Positions 1-12,678 of a stretch of DNA of 64,000 nucleotides are shown in pieces. The notes beneath the pieces are model-generated. The model did no database searches and was not told the origin of the DNA. It was given only the letters and a program-made list of their open reading frames with translations. A program made the translations under genes and the position numbers. How positions within the stretch are numbered: position 1 is the first letter of the stretch; each line of letters begins with the position of its first letter. The stretch is from assembly GCA_000934665.2 (NCBI GenBank), contig JYFJ02001506.1, forward strand, positions 1-64,000, written 5' to 3'. The DNA comes from Catajapyx aquilonaris. Lineage: Eukaryota.

Positions 1-1777
1 CATGTAGCGCTTCCCTTTTGTACCTATAAAGGTCAGCGTAGTCCGGTAGGGTCGCCACATACCAGTGCTCTGAAATGTCTCATGGCGCTCTCAGGTGAGC
101 ACCTCCTGCAAAACGCCCCGGCAGGCGATAAGATCAGAATGTAGTATAAATGTCCGGGGGCTGATCCTGGTAAGCATAGGGACTGGAGAGGTGGGGAGAT
201 GGGGAGATGGGCTGAAAAGTTGGAAAACCCCACCTAATCCCCGCAGTCGTTTCTTGGTTCCCCTTTACCGTATACGCCACGTGATTCCCTTGCATTGGTG
301 TGTGATGTTGGTTAATCTGGGGAAGGGTCAGGTAATTTGTAAAACCAGTTTCAAACTATCAGGAAGTTTCTCCATAGCATGCATCATATCCTGCTAATGT
401 CAAGTTCTTGGTCCGATTTTTAGAGATTTTACAGAGATTTTAAATGCGAATAATATCAAAATAATAGTGAAATTAACTTTGTGCAAATATACCGAACTGA
501 AAATCCGTCGTATTAAAATAAGAATATAAGAGAGGGGAGTATTGGGATTTTTTTTTTCTTTTCTTTTTGTTTTTGTTTTTGTGTTTTTGTGTTTTTTTTT
601 GCCTATGTGCCCATTTTCGAATAATTATTGATATTTCGGGTTGTTACTAAAGAGTTTGTGAACTGCATGATGTAACTCTTTCTGAACTATTATTATTATC
701 AACGGTGGCACAAGATAAAGAAAACGCGAGTGTCCGAGACAAAGCAGATTACCCACCCACGGCCACATGTTTATTAATCAGTTTTGTACTACTTATAATA
801 ATCAGTAATTTTGGCATAAGAAGATCCAAACGAAATCCCTCCGACCCCCTTGACACCACAGGTCGGGTATCGACAATAGCGATCTTAATGTTGTTAATTA
901 AATAATATTACACCTGCGCCATTAGGAGAATAAAGTGGCTTCGGCTAGGAATTTTCGATATCCGGTTTCACGAGGTTATAATTCTGGTTTTGTTTTAATT
1001 AGCGTATGTGAGTCAATATTTTGAGACTATTATCCTCACATACGCAATGTACGTGTACAGTACAAGCCTGACTTTATTAATTACGAGTATTATTGTATTC
1101 TCCAATAATATTTCTGTCAGAGAGCTGAAACTTGGTTTTCTTTCAATAATTTCCGAGACCCAGCCCTCAGAAAGTAATAATGTTATCAGCATGTGCAATA
1201 ATATATGAAGGCTGCATTTATTATATGAGAACGCTACGTACAACCGGACTTGATCGAAGTGTTTTACAGCCGCGGAAAAACACGGACATGACAAAATCGA
1301 ATTAGGCTGTAACCAGTGCTGTTCAATGAAAATCTGGCAATATTTTTGCGAAGCTGAGGCAGGCGTCATTATAAATGGCGCTGGTTATCGACCATCTGTG
1401 GGCGGGTACTGCTGTCCGTACGTGTGCCGTACATAACTCAGGTTTTATTGATGATAAATCGCCTGGGTGTTTCTGCGACCTTGGCCCAATGGCCATTCAG
1501 ATTATGATGGTGTAGGGGGGGTCCTCTTCCTTCATGCTCGCATGCTGGGCTCCAATAAACTCCTTTTCGGAATCATTCTTGCCGAATTGCGCAGGAGGAA
1601 ATCCATTAGCCAGATTGGAAGAACAGGCATTAATTGCTCAATATTGTTAATCAGAAAGGAGGGAACTGGGGAAGGTGGGCAGGGGGGTAGGAAGTCAGGT
1701 GATTTCGGGTGGATCCCCTCACTGCGCTGCAAGAATACAATAGGTCGATCTTGTGCCATCAGAAACAACAATAATAA

Positions 1778-1840
1778 CAAAAGGTCGATGGTAAGAAGAC
1801 ATTCTTAGCCTAAGAATGTCTTCTTACCATCGACCTTTTG
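1778..1840. repeat. Perfect inverted repeat, 31-bp arms, 1-nt spacer
   Basis: caaaaggtcgatggtaagaagacattcttag-c-ctaagaatgtcttcttaccatcgaccttttg. Confidence 0.95.
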
Positions 1841-2915
1841 GATGATGCTTCTCTACATGCTTATCGATTTAAGGCCCAGAAATCTCGTTGACATGGTGAC
1901 CACCAGCATAGGGTTGCAGCAGGTGCTATTGAATAATTCCCTTTGATTCCAGCTCATCATATTTGAGTTGTACAAACCGCAGAGAAAAATCCACTTCTCG
2001 GAAGTGCCTCTCCTTGGAAAGACGGAGCTCTCTGAGAGCTCCTCCTTCCCCAATATTCAAGACTTATTGCTGAAAACCTTATGAAGAAGTGTTGGTGGGA
2101 AGAAGACGGGAGAAGACCCATGGATTGCGCTTCGTTATTTTTAAGAGAAACACCTTGCATTAGTTGTGACGATGCTCAATTTTCTACCTGAGTAAATGTT
2201 GTGAAAGATGTATTTGTATTATCACTTCTGTGATTAAATTAAATCTAGGATTCGTTGAGCAGGGAGTCCTATGTAAGCGAAAACATGAATATTTATTACT
2301 TAGTATACATTCTGAAGCACCAGTGGGAGCAGTCATTTATATTAGTAGTCTATATAAACTACTATACTTGCATTCAGTAGTTATAGATCAAGTTTTTCTC
2401 TTTCCCAAGAGAGGTTGCTTTCTACTTGCTGCACTTTTTCCATACCAGATTACCATCCTTTACTTTTAGTACTGAATGATTAATGTTACATCCCAATCGT
2501 GATACTGTAATGATCGCATGAAGACAGGTAGTACCGTACTTGCTATTTTCTTAAAATTTGAGCATGTGTGCAAACAGTCCTTTTCATGAATCTTGTTCAA
2601 GTGATAATAATTGCATCAGATTACACGGTAATTATACCAGTTATGTTAAGCGTTGTTAAGTACCTAGGTATTTATGATGTACAGTAATCATGTGTAAAAT
2701 AAAGAGCTATTATGGACTGATTCTTGATTGAAATTACAGTAGAGCATATGGGTTATACTGTAATACTTAATAAAAACTGCACTGTTCATGACAGTTTATG
2801 GCGCATTACAGATGGTATAAGCGCCAAGCGCATTAAATTTACATGGCAGAGAACAATTAATAATGGATACCCCGTGATAGGCCCCTTGGGCCTCTTAGGG
2901 GATCATCTTTTGAAT

Positions 2916-3022
2916 ACCCGACTTTAATCATATGCCTGTAATGTGATGGATTTTGATAGTGGGAGGAAACGGGAGAACCCCGAGAAAACCCACGCGAACA
3001 CGGAGAGAACCCATCGAAACTC
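2916..3022 (-). mobile_element. Fragment of the same SINE family (V-domain-like core)
   Basis: acccgactttaat...atggattttgatagtgggaggaaacgggagaaccccgagaaaacccacgcgaacacggagagaacccatc aligns in reverse complement with ~62660-62764. Confidence 0.65.
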
Positions 3023-4161
3023 TATCCAGGCAGAGAACAATTTGAACTTTCCTTGAGGCGGAATTGCGGAATTGGAAGAGGATTCGTGAGTTTAGTAAGT
3101 GGAAGCTAATGTAGAGTAAGTACAGCCTGGTGAGACAGGACTAAATGATTAGTCATCTGCATCGCATATGAAACTGTTCAACACGAATCCAACAGTGTAA
3201 ATAAAGATTTATAGCTCCACCTTTTCCAGTGGGAGATCTCCCTGTCAGCACAAAGAGAATGTTGGATGATACGTGAACACGTGCCACGTAATAGAGGTTT
3301 TTCAGGCAAATATTGGAAGTATTGTTCACCTTCCCCAAGGGCACGATTCAGAAAGCACCAATATGGGAATGTTCCCTAGCATGATGTATAAGTCTAATAC
3401 ACCCAATGTGCATTGACAATTCCAGCCCGACTCGTCGATTTGCATTTATCTGATGTCACATATCCCGGGATAAACCGGGGTGGGGGTGTGTGTTTAACGA
3501 ACACCATATATAGCCTACCTTAGAAACTACAGAACTGCATTTCTGAATAAAACTGCAATGGTATGTACACCTTAAAAGTTAAACTCCCCTATAGTGATGA
3601 ATGTAGCTATATGAAGATATACAATAGCCTACGGTATATACTGTATATTTAACTTCCCTATGATGGATCACCCTCATCCCAGTGTCAAGAGAGATTTTTT
3701 TTTTTTCATTTTTGTTTCAGTATAGCCTATACTGTATACTGTGGCCTAAAGGGCGCTACAGATACTACTACGCTACAGATAGCCAATTTGCTGTACATGC
3801 AAAAAAGTGACCACTATGATAACACAGTTACCACTATACTGTGCCTGTCATAAAAATGTGCAGGTACGCAAATCACGAGGCAAATCATCATTGGCAACAC
3901 CATGTAATTAAAGACCTCGGATGGTGAATTTTTGGTAAACACTAACATGTTGGGTGCATAAAACGTTTTCGCCTCGTCATGCAAATACCACTATACCTAT
4001 ATCCCCTTTCACATTAGTACAATGAGCGCACTTTAAAAAATCGCTACTCTGTATGGATGCTGACGCTTTTTTATATGCAGAGTAACTTTTGTTTTTCCCA
4101 AATTTAGAATGTAGGTCAAAGTATGACAAGAAAGATCAGTTCTCCAGCAATTATACAGTAG

Positions 4162-5138
4162 TATACTGACAAGTCACATTTCCTGGGTGATAATGACGGA
4201 TCTTGATGAAACGTAACATGCTAATAGAGAACAATATATGATAACCAAAAATGAAATATTTCGAGCTGAGGCCCATATTTGCAAAAGTTATGACGTTATT
4301 ACATTAGCGACCACATGTAATGACATTGAAGTGTGTCAACATGTTTTAGATTTTTTTCCGGCTCATCGGAAAAAAGTCTTATAGAACGGCTCCGTCCGTC
4401 CGTCCGTCTGTGGACAGGTATCAAGGCCCAAACCGTAAGAGATAGAGACAAACGGTTTTCATATTCGGATCAGCTAAGCGTGGCCAAAATAGGTTTCATG
4501 GTCAACTCCCGGTGACTCACCATTTCCGATTTTCTAAACCGCCCGTAAAGTAGACTTGCGCGGATATAGTGAACCCGGAAAACCGGAAGTGGCGGGTCAC
4601 CGGAAGTTGACCATGAAACCTATTTTGGTCACGCTTAATCCGAATATGAAAACCGTTTGTCGAGCTATCTCTTACGTACGGTTTAGGCCTTGATACCTGT
4701 TCACAGACGGACAGACGGACGGACAGAGCCGTTCTCTAAGACTTTTTTTCCGAGGAGAAAAAATCTAAAACCTGTTTACACACTTCAATGTCATTATATT
4801 GTACGGAAAATGAGAGAACGATCTGACGTCATCAATGTTTCCATGGAAATACCCTCACAGAACAATATATATGAGTAAACAGTGTCAACAAAAAGCATCA
4901 ATGGAAGAAACGATGACGTCAGATAGTTCTCCCGTTTTCCGTACATTATGTGGTCACTAATGTAATCTCATTGTATATGTAAATGTACCATATTATTTTT
5001 GGTACTTTAAGACGTCATAACTTGGCAAATATGGGCCTCATATTTCATTTTTTGTTATCATATATTGTCCTCTATTAGAATGTTAAAGTTTCATCAAGAT
5101 CCATCATTATCACCCGGGAAATGTCCCTTGTGAGTATA
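4162..5138. mobile_element. ~1 kb fold-back / MITE-like non-autonomous element with nested inverted repeats
   Basis: Outer arms ~4162-4317 and ~4948-5138 are reverse-complementary. Inner arms ~4319-4535 and ~4577-4796 carry (GTCC)n/(GGAC)n. A third inverted pair spans ~4800-4945. No coding capacity. Confidence 0.8.
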
Positions 5139-8100
5139 TATCCTTGGGCTAACCATTACCTGACCAAAATGCATTTGTTACTGCATTTTTTCCCCATTTA
5201 TCCAAGCATATTACATTACAAGACAGCTGGCTGAAAAAGTCGGAATACGTGAAATGCTGGGTCCCGCAATATTGCCCATAATCAGCAATTTCATACAAAA
5301 TGACCAGTTTTACATGTCATTACTGACTTAGCGGTATACGTTAGCTCGTATATGCATATTTTTGTCCACAAAAGGGCAGAGAGGGTACATTTCCATTGAT
5401 ACTGATATGGGCCGAAATTTGATTCACGCTGAATACAGTACTGAAGTGTCATCGTGTACGTTTGAAGCGCAACTCTATGGTATATGGCCTGACAAAAATC
5501 AATTCTGAAACGATTCCCGATTTTGAAGGGGTTTTAAGTCATATCACATAGAATTAAAGCTAAATACTACATTATTGATGTCAAACTTGCATGGTTTCAC
5601 ACTACCATCAATTTTGAATTGAATATTTAAACAATAACGCCTCTCGGCACCATAATCACGGCAAAAACTAATCTAATGGCCGTTATACTGTAGAGCCAAT
5701 AACAAAATCTGGGTCACATCGAAAAGCATATGGGCACGACTACTCCCTTATTTTACGAGAAAACCCTTTTTAGTAAGCAAGTTACTCTAGTAGTCTAGTG
5801 CGTCTATGCCGAAAGCTATGAAATCCTGGTAACTCCGGTTAACCGCCTCTATAGCTTTCAAATGAATATGCATCAATCAATCATCCGACAGTATATGTCA
5901 CAGTACTCGAGAATGAACATCAGTAATTAAGATCTCGACCTATCCACCATCCCCTTCATTAAATCCAGATCTCCTTGACTGCGGGTAATAGAACACATAC
6001 AGTATACAGTATACGCAAGAACTGACAAGTCAATTATTTCACTCGGTGGGTGGAAACCCATTTTCGACCGCCTTCCGTGCCCAAGAGCACTGCAGCTGAA
6101 GAACTCCCTGTTTTTAGTGCCATTTTAGTGTTTAAGTACCATTAAGTGATTTTTCCCACTGAATACCCCTGTCCGTAGATATTAAATGTAGTTTTTTTTA
6201 ACTTATGCCCTTGTCATGACGAAAAATGTCCGGTCTGCTACAAAATCACGCATGAAAGCAAGTTAGCACTCCACCATTGACAACATGTGCAATTTTTCCG
6301 AATTGCAATGTACAGTACTATACACTCCATTAGAAATATTACAGACAACTCTACTTTCTTCTCAACACCGCACTGTACTGTACGGAAAAACGTGACCAGA
6401 AAGGCCTGCTCCCACTGTATCCTGACAGGCACGCAAACCTCTTGACAAGCTCCGTGAGAAATGTGCACCCAGCTATACAGCATAATTCCTATCCCAGCAG
6501 CTGCTAATTTTCGCCGCAATTCCGCCTTATTAGTCCTTATAAATAATCTATTTCGTGCCAAAAAGCATTATCAGGTATCAACGAAAGCACCTTGGCATTA
6601 TTACAAGTACCGGTATGATTGCAATTTTTTGTGACCAAAGAAACAATGTAGACTGCATCATGATGAGATAAAGTTGTTTCGCGGGGATGGGGTGGGGGTG
6701 GTGGATGGATAATGTCGGTGTTTTTGGTGCTGAGCCCGTGCATTCACCCGTCATCCACCAAAGACGAAGGTCAGATCACTTTGGAAACCAGAAAAGACTT
6801 TGTGGCTGTGCATTGAGGGCAGCAAGTGATGAAGTAAGCCAGTTTCAGAAGCCTGCTGTTGCATGGACTAAAAATAACGCTGTTACACACTTGCCTTATC
6901 CCCCGAATGCGCCAACCACTGGTTTAGGGCACTTCAAATGTATGACATGCGCTGATAAAAGGTCAAAAAAAAAAGTGCTGCCCACACCCTTTGTGGGTTT
7001 AAAGTTATATTTATCTGGTATTCTGGCTTGTAGGTGCTAAGTAGTGATTAATAGTGGATTACAAAAATCCAGCAATACACAACAATGCAAAATTAGAGAA
7101 TTCTACTCCAATCGGAGAACATAGAGAAAGTTGTAATATATTTTTGCAGAAAGTCGTTCTTATAATTATGCAGTGCGTATGCTACAGGCTGGTAGTATAC
7201 AGTAGAATTCATAACGGCATTGCTGGATATATGCTTCACATGTTGTTGTACACAATGTCTGGTCAGAATCAGGACAGGCAGGTTTCACTGCGGTGAAGGT
7301 GGCAGATAACCTCTAAACGGCTCTAATATGAATAATTTAATATACGTGTTCCTTATATTGGTTAGCGGAAGTGACATGAAGGGAAACAAGATTGGGCAGT
7401 GCTTATTGACACGACCGGTAACAATAACTGCATGGCCTATCAGCAGACAGTTCCGGTTTCTCACATGACATCACAGTTGTTGTCATTACTAATAAAATCA
7501 CAATAACAATACCAACAAAGGTGTGAGGATGCTTTATATATTTGAGCATACGCTTTCCTAGGCAAGACTCTTGCGAGTAACTAAAATATTCGTTGCTTCA
7601 TACTGCTGTCATTCACATACGCTATTATTGTGCAAAACCGATCAATATCATGACTCTGGCTTTCAAGGGTCATCAGAAACACGCCTTATTAGTTCCAATT
7701 TACAACTGGTGACATACGTTAACCCCAGATATTGAAATCCGGGGTACTCCCAAGGGCAGCAATTCCGGTCACCCCTAAAGGTCACCACCATGACATTGAA
7801 CCACACACATTAGGAATTCCAGAATGCAGTCTTCCCCCTCCGAAGACCTAGTCGGCCCACAACACCCATTGTTGACACAATGATGGCATAATTCACGTTT
7901 CCACCCCTGACGTCATCCTCCAACTGTGGGTGATGAATGGGAACCACCGCCACCAGAAAGTGGTTTAGGTTGGCGTCGGGGGTGACACCCACCCCCATAC
8001 CCCCCAGATTCCCCCATCCGGGAGGGACGGGAGTAGGTGGCGGGTTTTGGGAGGAGTGGGGAGAGGAGGCAGACGGAGTGCAGTCAGCGGCCGATCCCGA

Positions 8101-9649
8101 AGGAAGGCACATCCTACGGGGGGTTTTTCCCTTCCCCTCTTGCTATTGGTCTCCTTTGGACTCGCGCGGGGAACTTGACGCATTTTGTCCCTCCAGCTGC
8201 TTCAACCAGGTAGGTATCATTTCCAGTTTTACAACTTTAAGCCCTAATGTGTTGTGTGTTTTGCATTTCGAGTAATTAGCAAACTTTGTGCGGGCGTATA
8301 ACTTTTCGGGAGCTTCCAGATGTAGTTTCATTTGCTGTACCGGTGACTGATCTATTATGCAATTTGCCGAGTGGCTGAAATTATAAACAGTCCGTCATGC
8401 ATAAGAAAATAAACTGGGGAAACTGATTACTGTGGTGTGCATAAGCCAGGGAGGAAGATAAAAAAACTGGGTGTATTTACATACTGGAAGAAAATTCTGG
8501 GCGAGTTATGGAAGTATGTATTCGCTAGCATTAGGGACACACACAGGGACGTACCAAGATGCGGGGATCCCACCGATGAGTGACATTTATGGCCTTTCCA
8601 GGCCCCATAAAATTTTCGGACTGAGGGCATTAACCAAATGAATCCCGCTGCACAGCGTTACCACCTGATGCCCTCTGGCCAAATATGCAAGAAGCATAAC
8701 TTTGACCGCAATTATCGCATCGACATCGCATGTACTCGTCAACGATTGTTAGCCGTCGCGCTCATTAATACCACTTTTGGCCCCTAATGGACACGATTTT
8801 TTTTTTTTGCAACCCACCATGAACCAGTTTGCCATAAACCATAAAAGTGGGTTAGTAACGTGGCCATACCGGAATGAAATCTTCAATCTAAGTCTGGTTG
8901 CAACGTGAGAACCGAAAGTGATGGGAGTCGCAAGTGGCTTCTAACACCCCGTAACTATTGTTCCCAATGACTTTTTTTTTCCGGACTCCAGGTTGAGGGT
9001 GTGGAGTCTTTTACCTATCCATGCGTGACCGTGACGGAACAGAAAAGGTGCCAAGCGGTGCGGCAGAGGTACTGAGGAGCCATAAAGACTCGCACTTAAC
9101 AAGCGCGCTTTTTTTTCTAATCCGCTCTCCAAGAATCCGCTGTTTGAATAGGTGGCGACAGGGTCATATGAAACATACGTGGGAGTTATGTGAGGGCCAA
9201 ATGTTTCCTCCGCCTTTTGGGGTGTCCTTGCTGAAGTGTTGATGCAGATGGGAGGGGAATCAAATCTCCTTTGGGTACCCCCTTTTTTTTACGGGGCGTG
9301 GCCGCGGATATCGCGGCAATAAATGGGGGCGGGGCTGCACGCAGCCTTTTTCACCTATCTGACAGGTGTCATTAATATTTATTGGGACATTCCACCGCGT
9401 TGGGGATCTACTGTCTTCTCTGCGGGGGTTGTGCTCTCTGGTGCCGTTACTTGAAAATCAGGAAAGGTCACTCCAACTAGTGACTTATTTCTGTGAAGAC
9501 CGCCGCTGGTTTTTGAGGACATACAGGTAAAGCCGTTATGTGGGGGTAGCTGCAGACGTGTTATGTGTGGAAAAACAAACGCTCCCGGTAGTCTAGATGG
9601 ATCCTGTTCTGACATGAAGGTGCAGCCCACACTCTTAATTCACGTCCGG

Positions 9650-9703
9650 TGACATTCTCCGAAATCTCAAATTATGCATAATTAGAGATTTCGGAGAATG
9701 TCA
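9650..9703. repeat. 54-bp near-perfect palindrome
   Basis: tgacattctccgaaatctc-a-aattatgcataatt-a-gagatttcggagaatgtca; one mismatched pair. Confidence 0.92.
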
Positions 9704-12644
9704 TGAATATTCATAATGTAATATTATATCGTGAATATTCATAAAATTATTTTTTCTCAATAATTGTTATTGTCACGTGCTATTTCTTCGGCTGCTTGAC
9801 CCCCGTGTCATCAGTTAGTAAAGGGTTGGCCCAAGTAGAGGCATGCCGGCTAGGCCCATCTGTCATAGGCTCCTCACAGCCCAGCCTTGTTTGTTTTGTC
9901 GCGGCAGCACGGATAAACGCGTGTTTCAAGAAACGGGGGAGTTCGAGGCTGGCTCGGCCTGTCAACGATCTGTCAACCCGGAGGATTCGGCCCGAGCCAC
10001 TCTTCATCTGGTTGGGTCCCACCTCTTTCTCTCGGCAACTCCATTATAGTCATCCATTGCAGCAAGGAGATAGGAGACGGCGGTAAAAGTGTCTCGCACC
10101 AGTTTTGCATTTGGAGGAGAGCTAGCCTCTTTTGTTGTCCCCTGTTGCCTCTTTTGCTCGATTCCAGTTGCAGATAGTCCATTACCTTCGGCTCTTGTCA
10201 GCATGTAAACGAGCCAGAGTTTTGCCAGGAGGCTTCGTGCTTGTCGTATTTTTCTCGCCGACGAGACCGCCAGCATCCATCTACCCGCGACTGGTTTTCC
10301 AGGCTCTGATACAATTTTACAGCCTGTTGAAACGCTTAGTTTCCATAGGGAACGGTAATCGGTGAGAGCCATCATCATTCATGGTGGCATTGCTCGCCTG
10401 TACCTGACTCGATATTAAGGACGGGCTCGTCCACGTCTAGTAATTATTATTTTACTCTTTTCTCATCGGGCTCATAAAACTCGATTTCTCAATGCCACTA
10501 CCTGTCACATAACTCTATTTTTTGTAGCACCTATTTACAATAGTAAAGTCGAGTTTTACTGCTTCCGATATGGCAAAAGGGGGACCGTTTTGAATCCCAA
10601 ATCGATCACGAATTCAAAATATAGTTCCCACCCGCTCACCCTCAATTCCTATTTTTTTTCTGAACCAATCCCAGCTGCACAGCTGTAGGAAACGACGTTA
10701 CATCCAATGCACTGTGCCAACAGTTCAAATGGCCTTAGAAGGAGTTGATTCGAAGACGAGTCGACATAGTGCGCTACAAATAACGAAATAATGGTCAGGT
10801 CATGAAAGGCCTGATATTGGAAGACGTAGCCGTCTGATTGCGAAGAAAAGTGACGCCAATTTGTGAGGTTGAAATTTTTCGTCGAGCAAGACGGAACATA
10901 CGATGTGTTACTGTATATTAAGTTTTGGGAGCCAGAAAAGAGAGCGCAGATGTCCACCAATATCCCCCACCAGCAACAGCTTTTGTCACGGGCAAAAGGG
11001 TTCAAGGGGAACTACACCCGTCGGGCTTCTGGAGCCCACCAAAGAATGGAAAACCCACACACTAGAGCCCGCATCTACAGATTATACAGCCGAGTCAGGA
11101 GGAAATTTTCATTTACGACTTTGGGCCATTAACGTGCTCCAAATGACAGGTCGTAGTTTTCAGTGCACCTGAGTGAATCGCCAAATTTCGAACTGAGTCA
11201 TCAAAGTTGCCGTCAAAACTTGAATAGTGTTTTTCTGAGAATAATGTGGATTCTGAAAATCGGCAATTATTGGGAGGTCCGGTTGTGTCAAGAGGCAAAT
11301 CTCATTAAATATTACGAATATTTTTTATATATAAACGGAGATATTCTTTAATTAATGCGTTCATACAACCTGATCTTTAAAAAGTATCTGGTTAAGTATT
11401 GCGAATACCTGCACTTATCGCAGATTCATCTTAATTTCATTCAATGCCTTGCTGTCGAAATTCAATACGAATATTTTGTGCATCTGTCCCCTGGCATAGT
11501 AAATATTGGAAATTAATATCCACTCACTTGTTCCTAACCACCTCGGAGGAGGCGTCTCATCAAGTTCATCCTCCTCGTCTGGAAGTGATAGTGCTCTACC
11601 AAAAGGAGGAGTGAATGGCGCTATAGTTGCTGAAAAGAAGAGAGTTAACAGTTATTATCGTGGCTGATTTTTATATTTCATATTTGTAAACCATACGGAT
11701 ATCCCCCCCCCCCCCCCCNCCCCGCTACACCCTTTTGGCCTTTTGTTACAGTAGTTGTATGTGACTACCTCCCTGGGTGATGTGATATGTAAAAAAAAGA
11801 GGGGGAGGGGGGAGGTATAGTAGGGCGGGGAGGACACGGTTTGTCCTGCGTGCAGCACATCTCAAAACCGACTAATGAAGCAGGAACCGCCTGCTGCTTG
11901 CTATCCCCTTGATCATATGTAACATGACTTTAAAATACCACCGTTAAAACACATGAGTTGCAGAGTCCGCCCAAAGGTTCTTTATACAGTACTAAAATAT
12001 CGCACACTAATAATACCGGTATCGATTTTTTTTTCCTTTTTCAAAAACCAGGACTCATGTGTATATGTAACGCAGAATAAAGCTGAGGTTAGTAAATTAT
12101 TCATTGCGACTTTTTGAGAGTGATGTGCCAAATTCATGTTTGGTGTGGTATTTCCATCGCCTACCGTAATTATTTTTCGTTCATCCCAGGCTTCGAATTA
12201 TAATAATTAGTGAGCGCATTCTTTCACATGGGCCACTCACAAGTGATGTTTACTTTTCGTCTAGTCCCCCCCCCTTTTTTTATTTTCAAAAACCCTAATA
12301 AAAACTTGCACCCACCACCACCACCACCACCACCAACCACCTTCATTCCCACCAACTGTAACTGACAGGGAGTTTTTTTTTCCCTGACCAACTCTTTCAG
12401 AGTGTCATCTTTCCCGACATGATTTCCTAATTAATACTCTCAAGTGTAAAGACCGCCCCGGCGGCACACATGTTGCCTATTATTACGTGCAAATCATATA
12501 CTATATGCCAACACATTTACCTGGCCTTCTTTTTATCTAGGTTTCTTTTTAGAGCCAGAGACTTAGCGTCAGGTGGCGAGGTCACTGAAACCGAAAAACA
12601 CGTCACCTATTGTAATCAGTTCCAAGGACAAGTAACTCCAGGGC

Positions 12645-12678
<34 letters not shown>

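Noticed and set aside
1853..2060. Minus-strand peptide YDELESKGIIQ, faintly like the start of an LTR-retrotransposon RT
   Set aside because: Interrupted by stops and not followed by recognisable RT motifs.
10649..11660. Possible decayed transposase region
   Set aside because: No catalytic motif or paired terminal repeats could be established by eye.
11701..11725. Long C/G homopolymers containing N (also near 14435, 45755, 46327, 55672, 62986), possible G-quadruplexes
   Set aside because: Ambiguous bases show uncertain base-calling in homopolymers, so lengths are unreliable.
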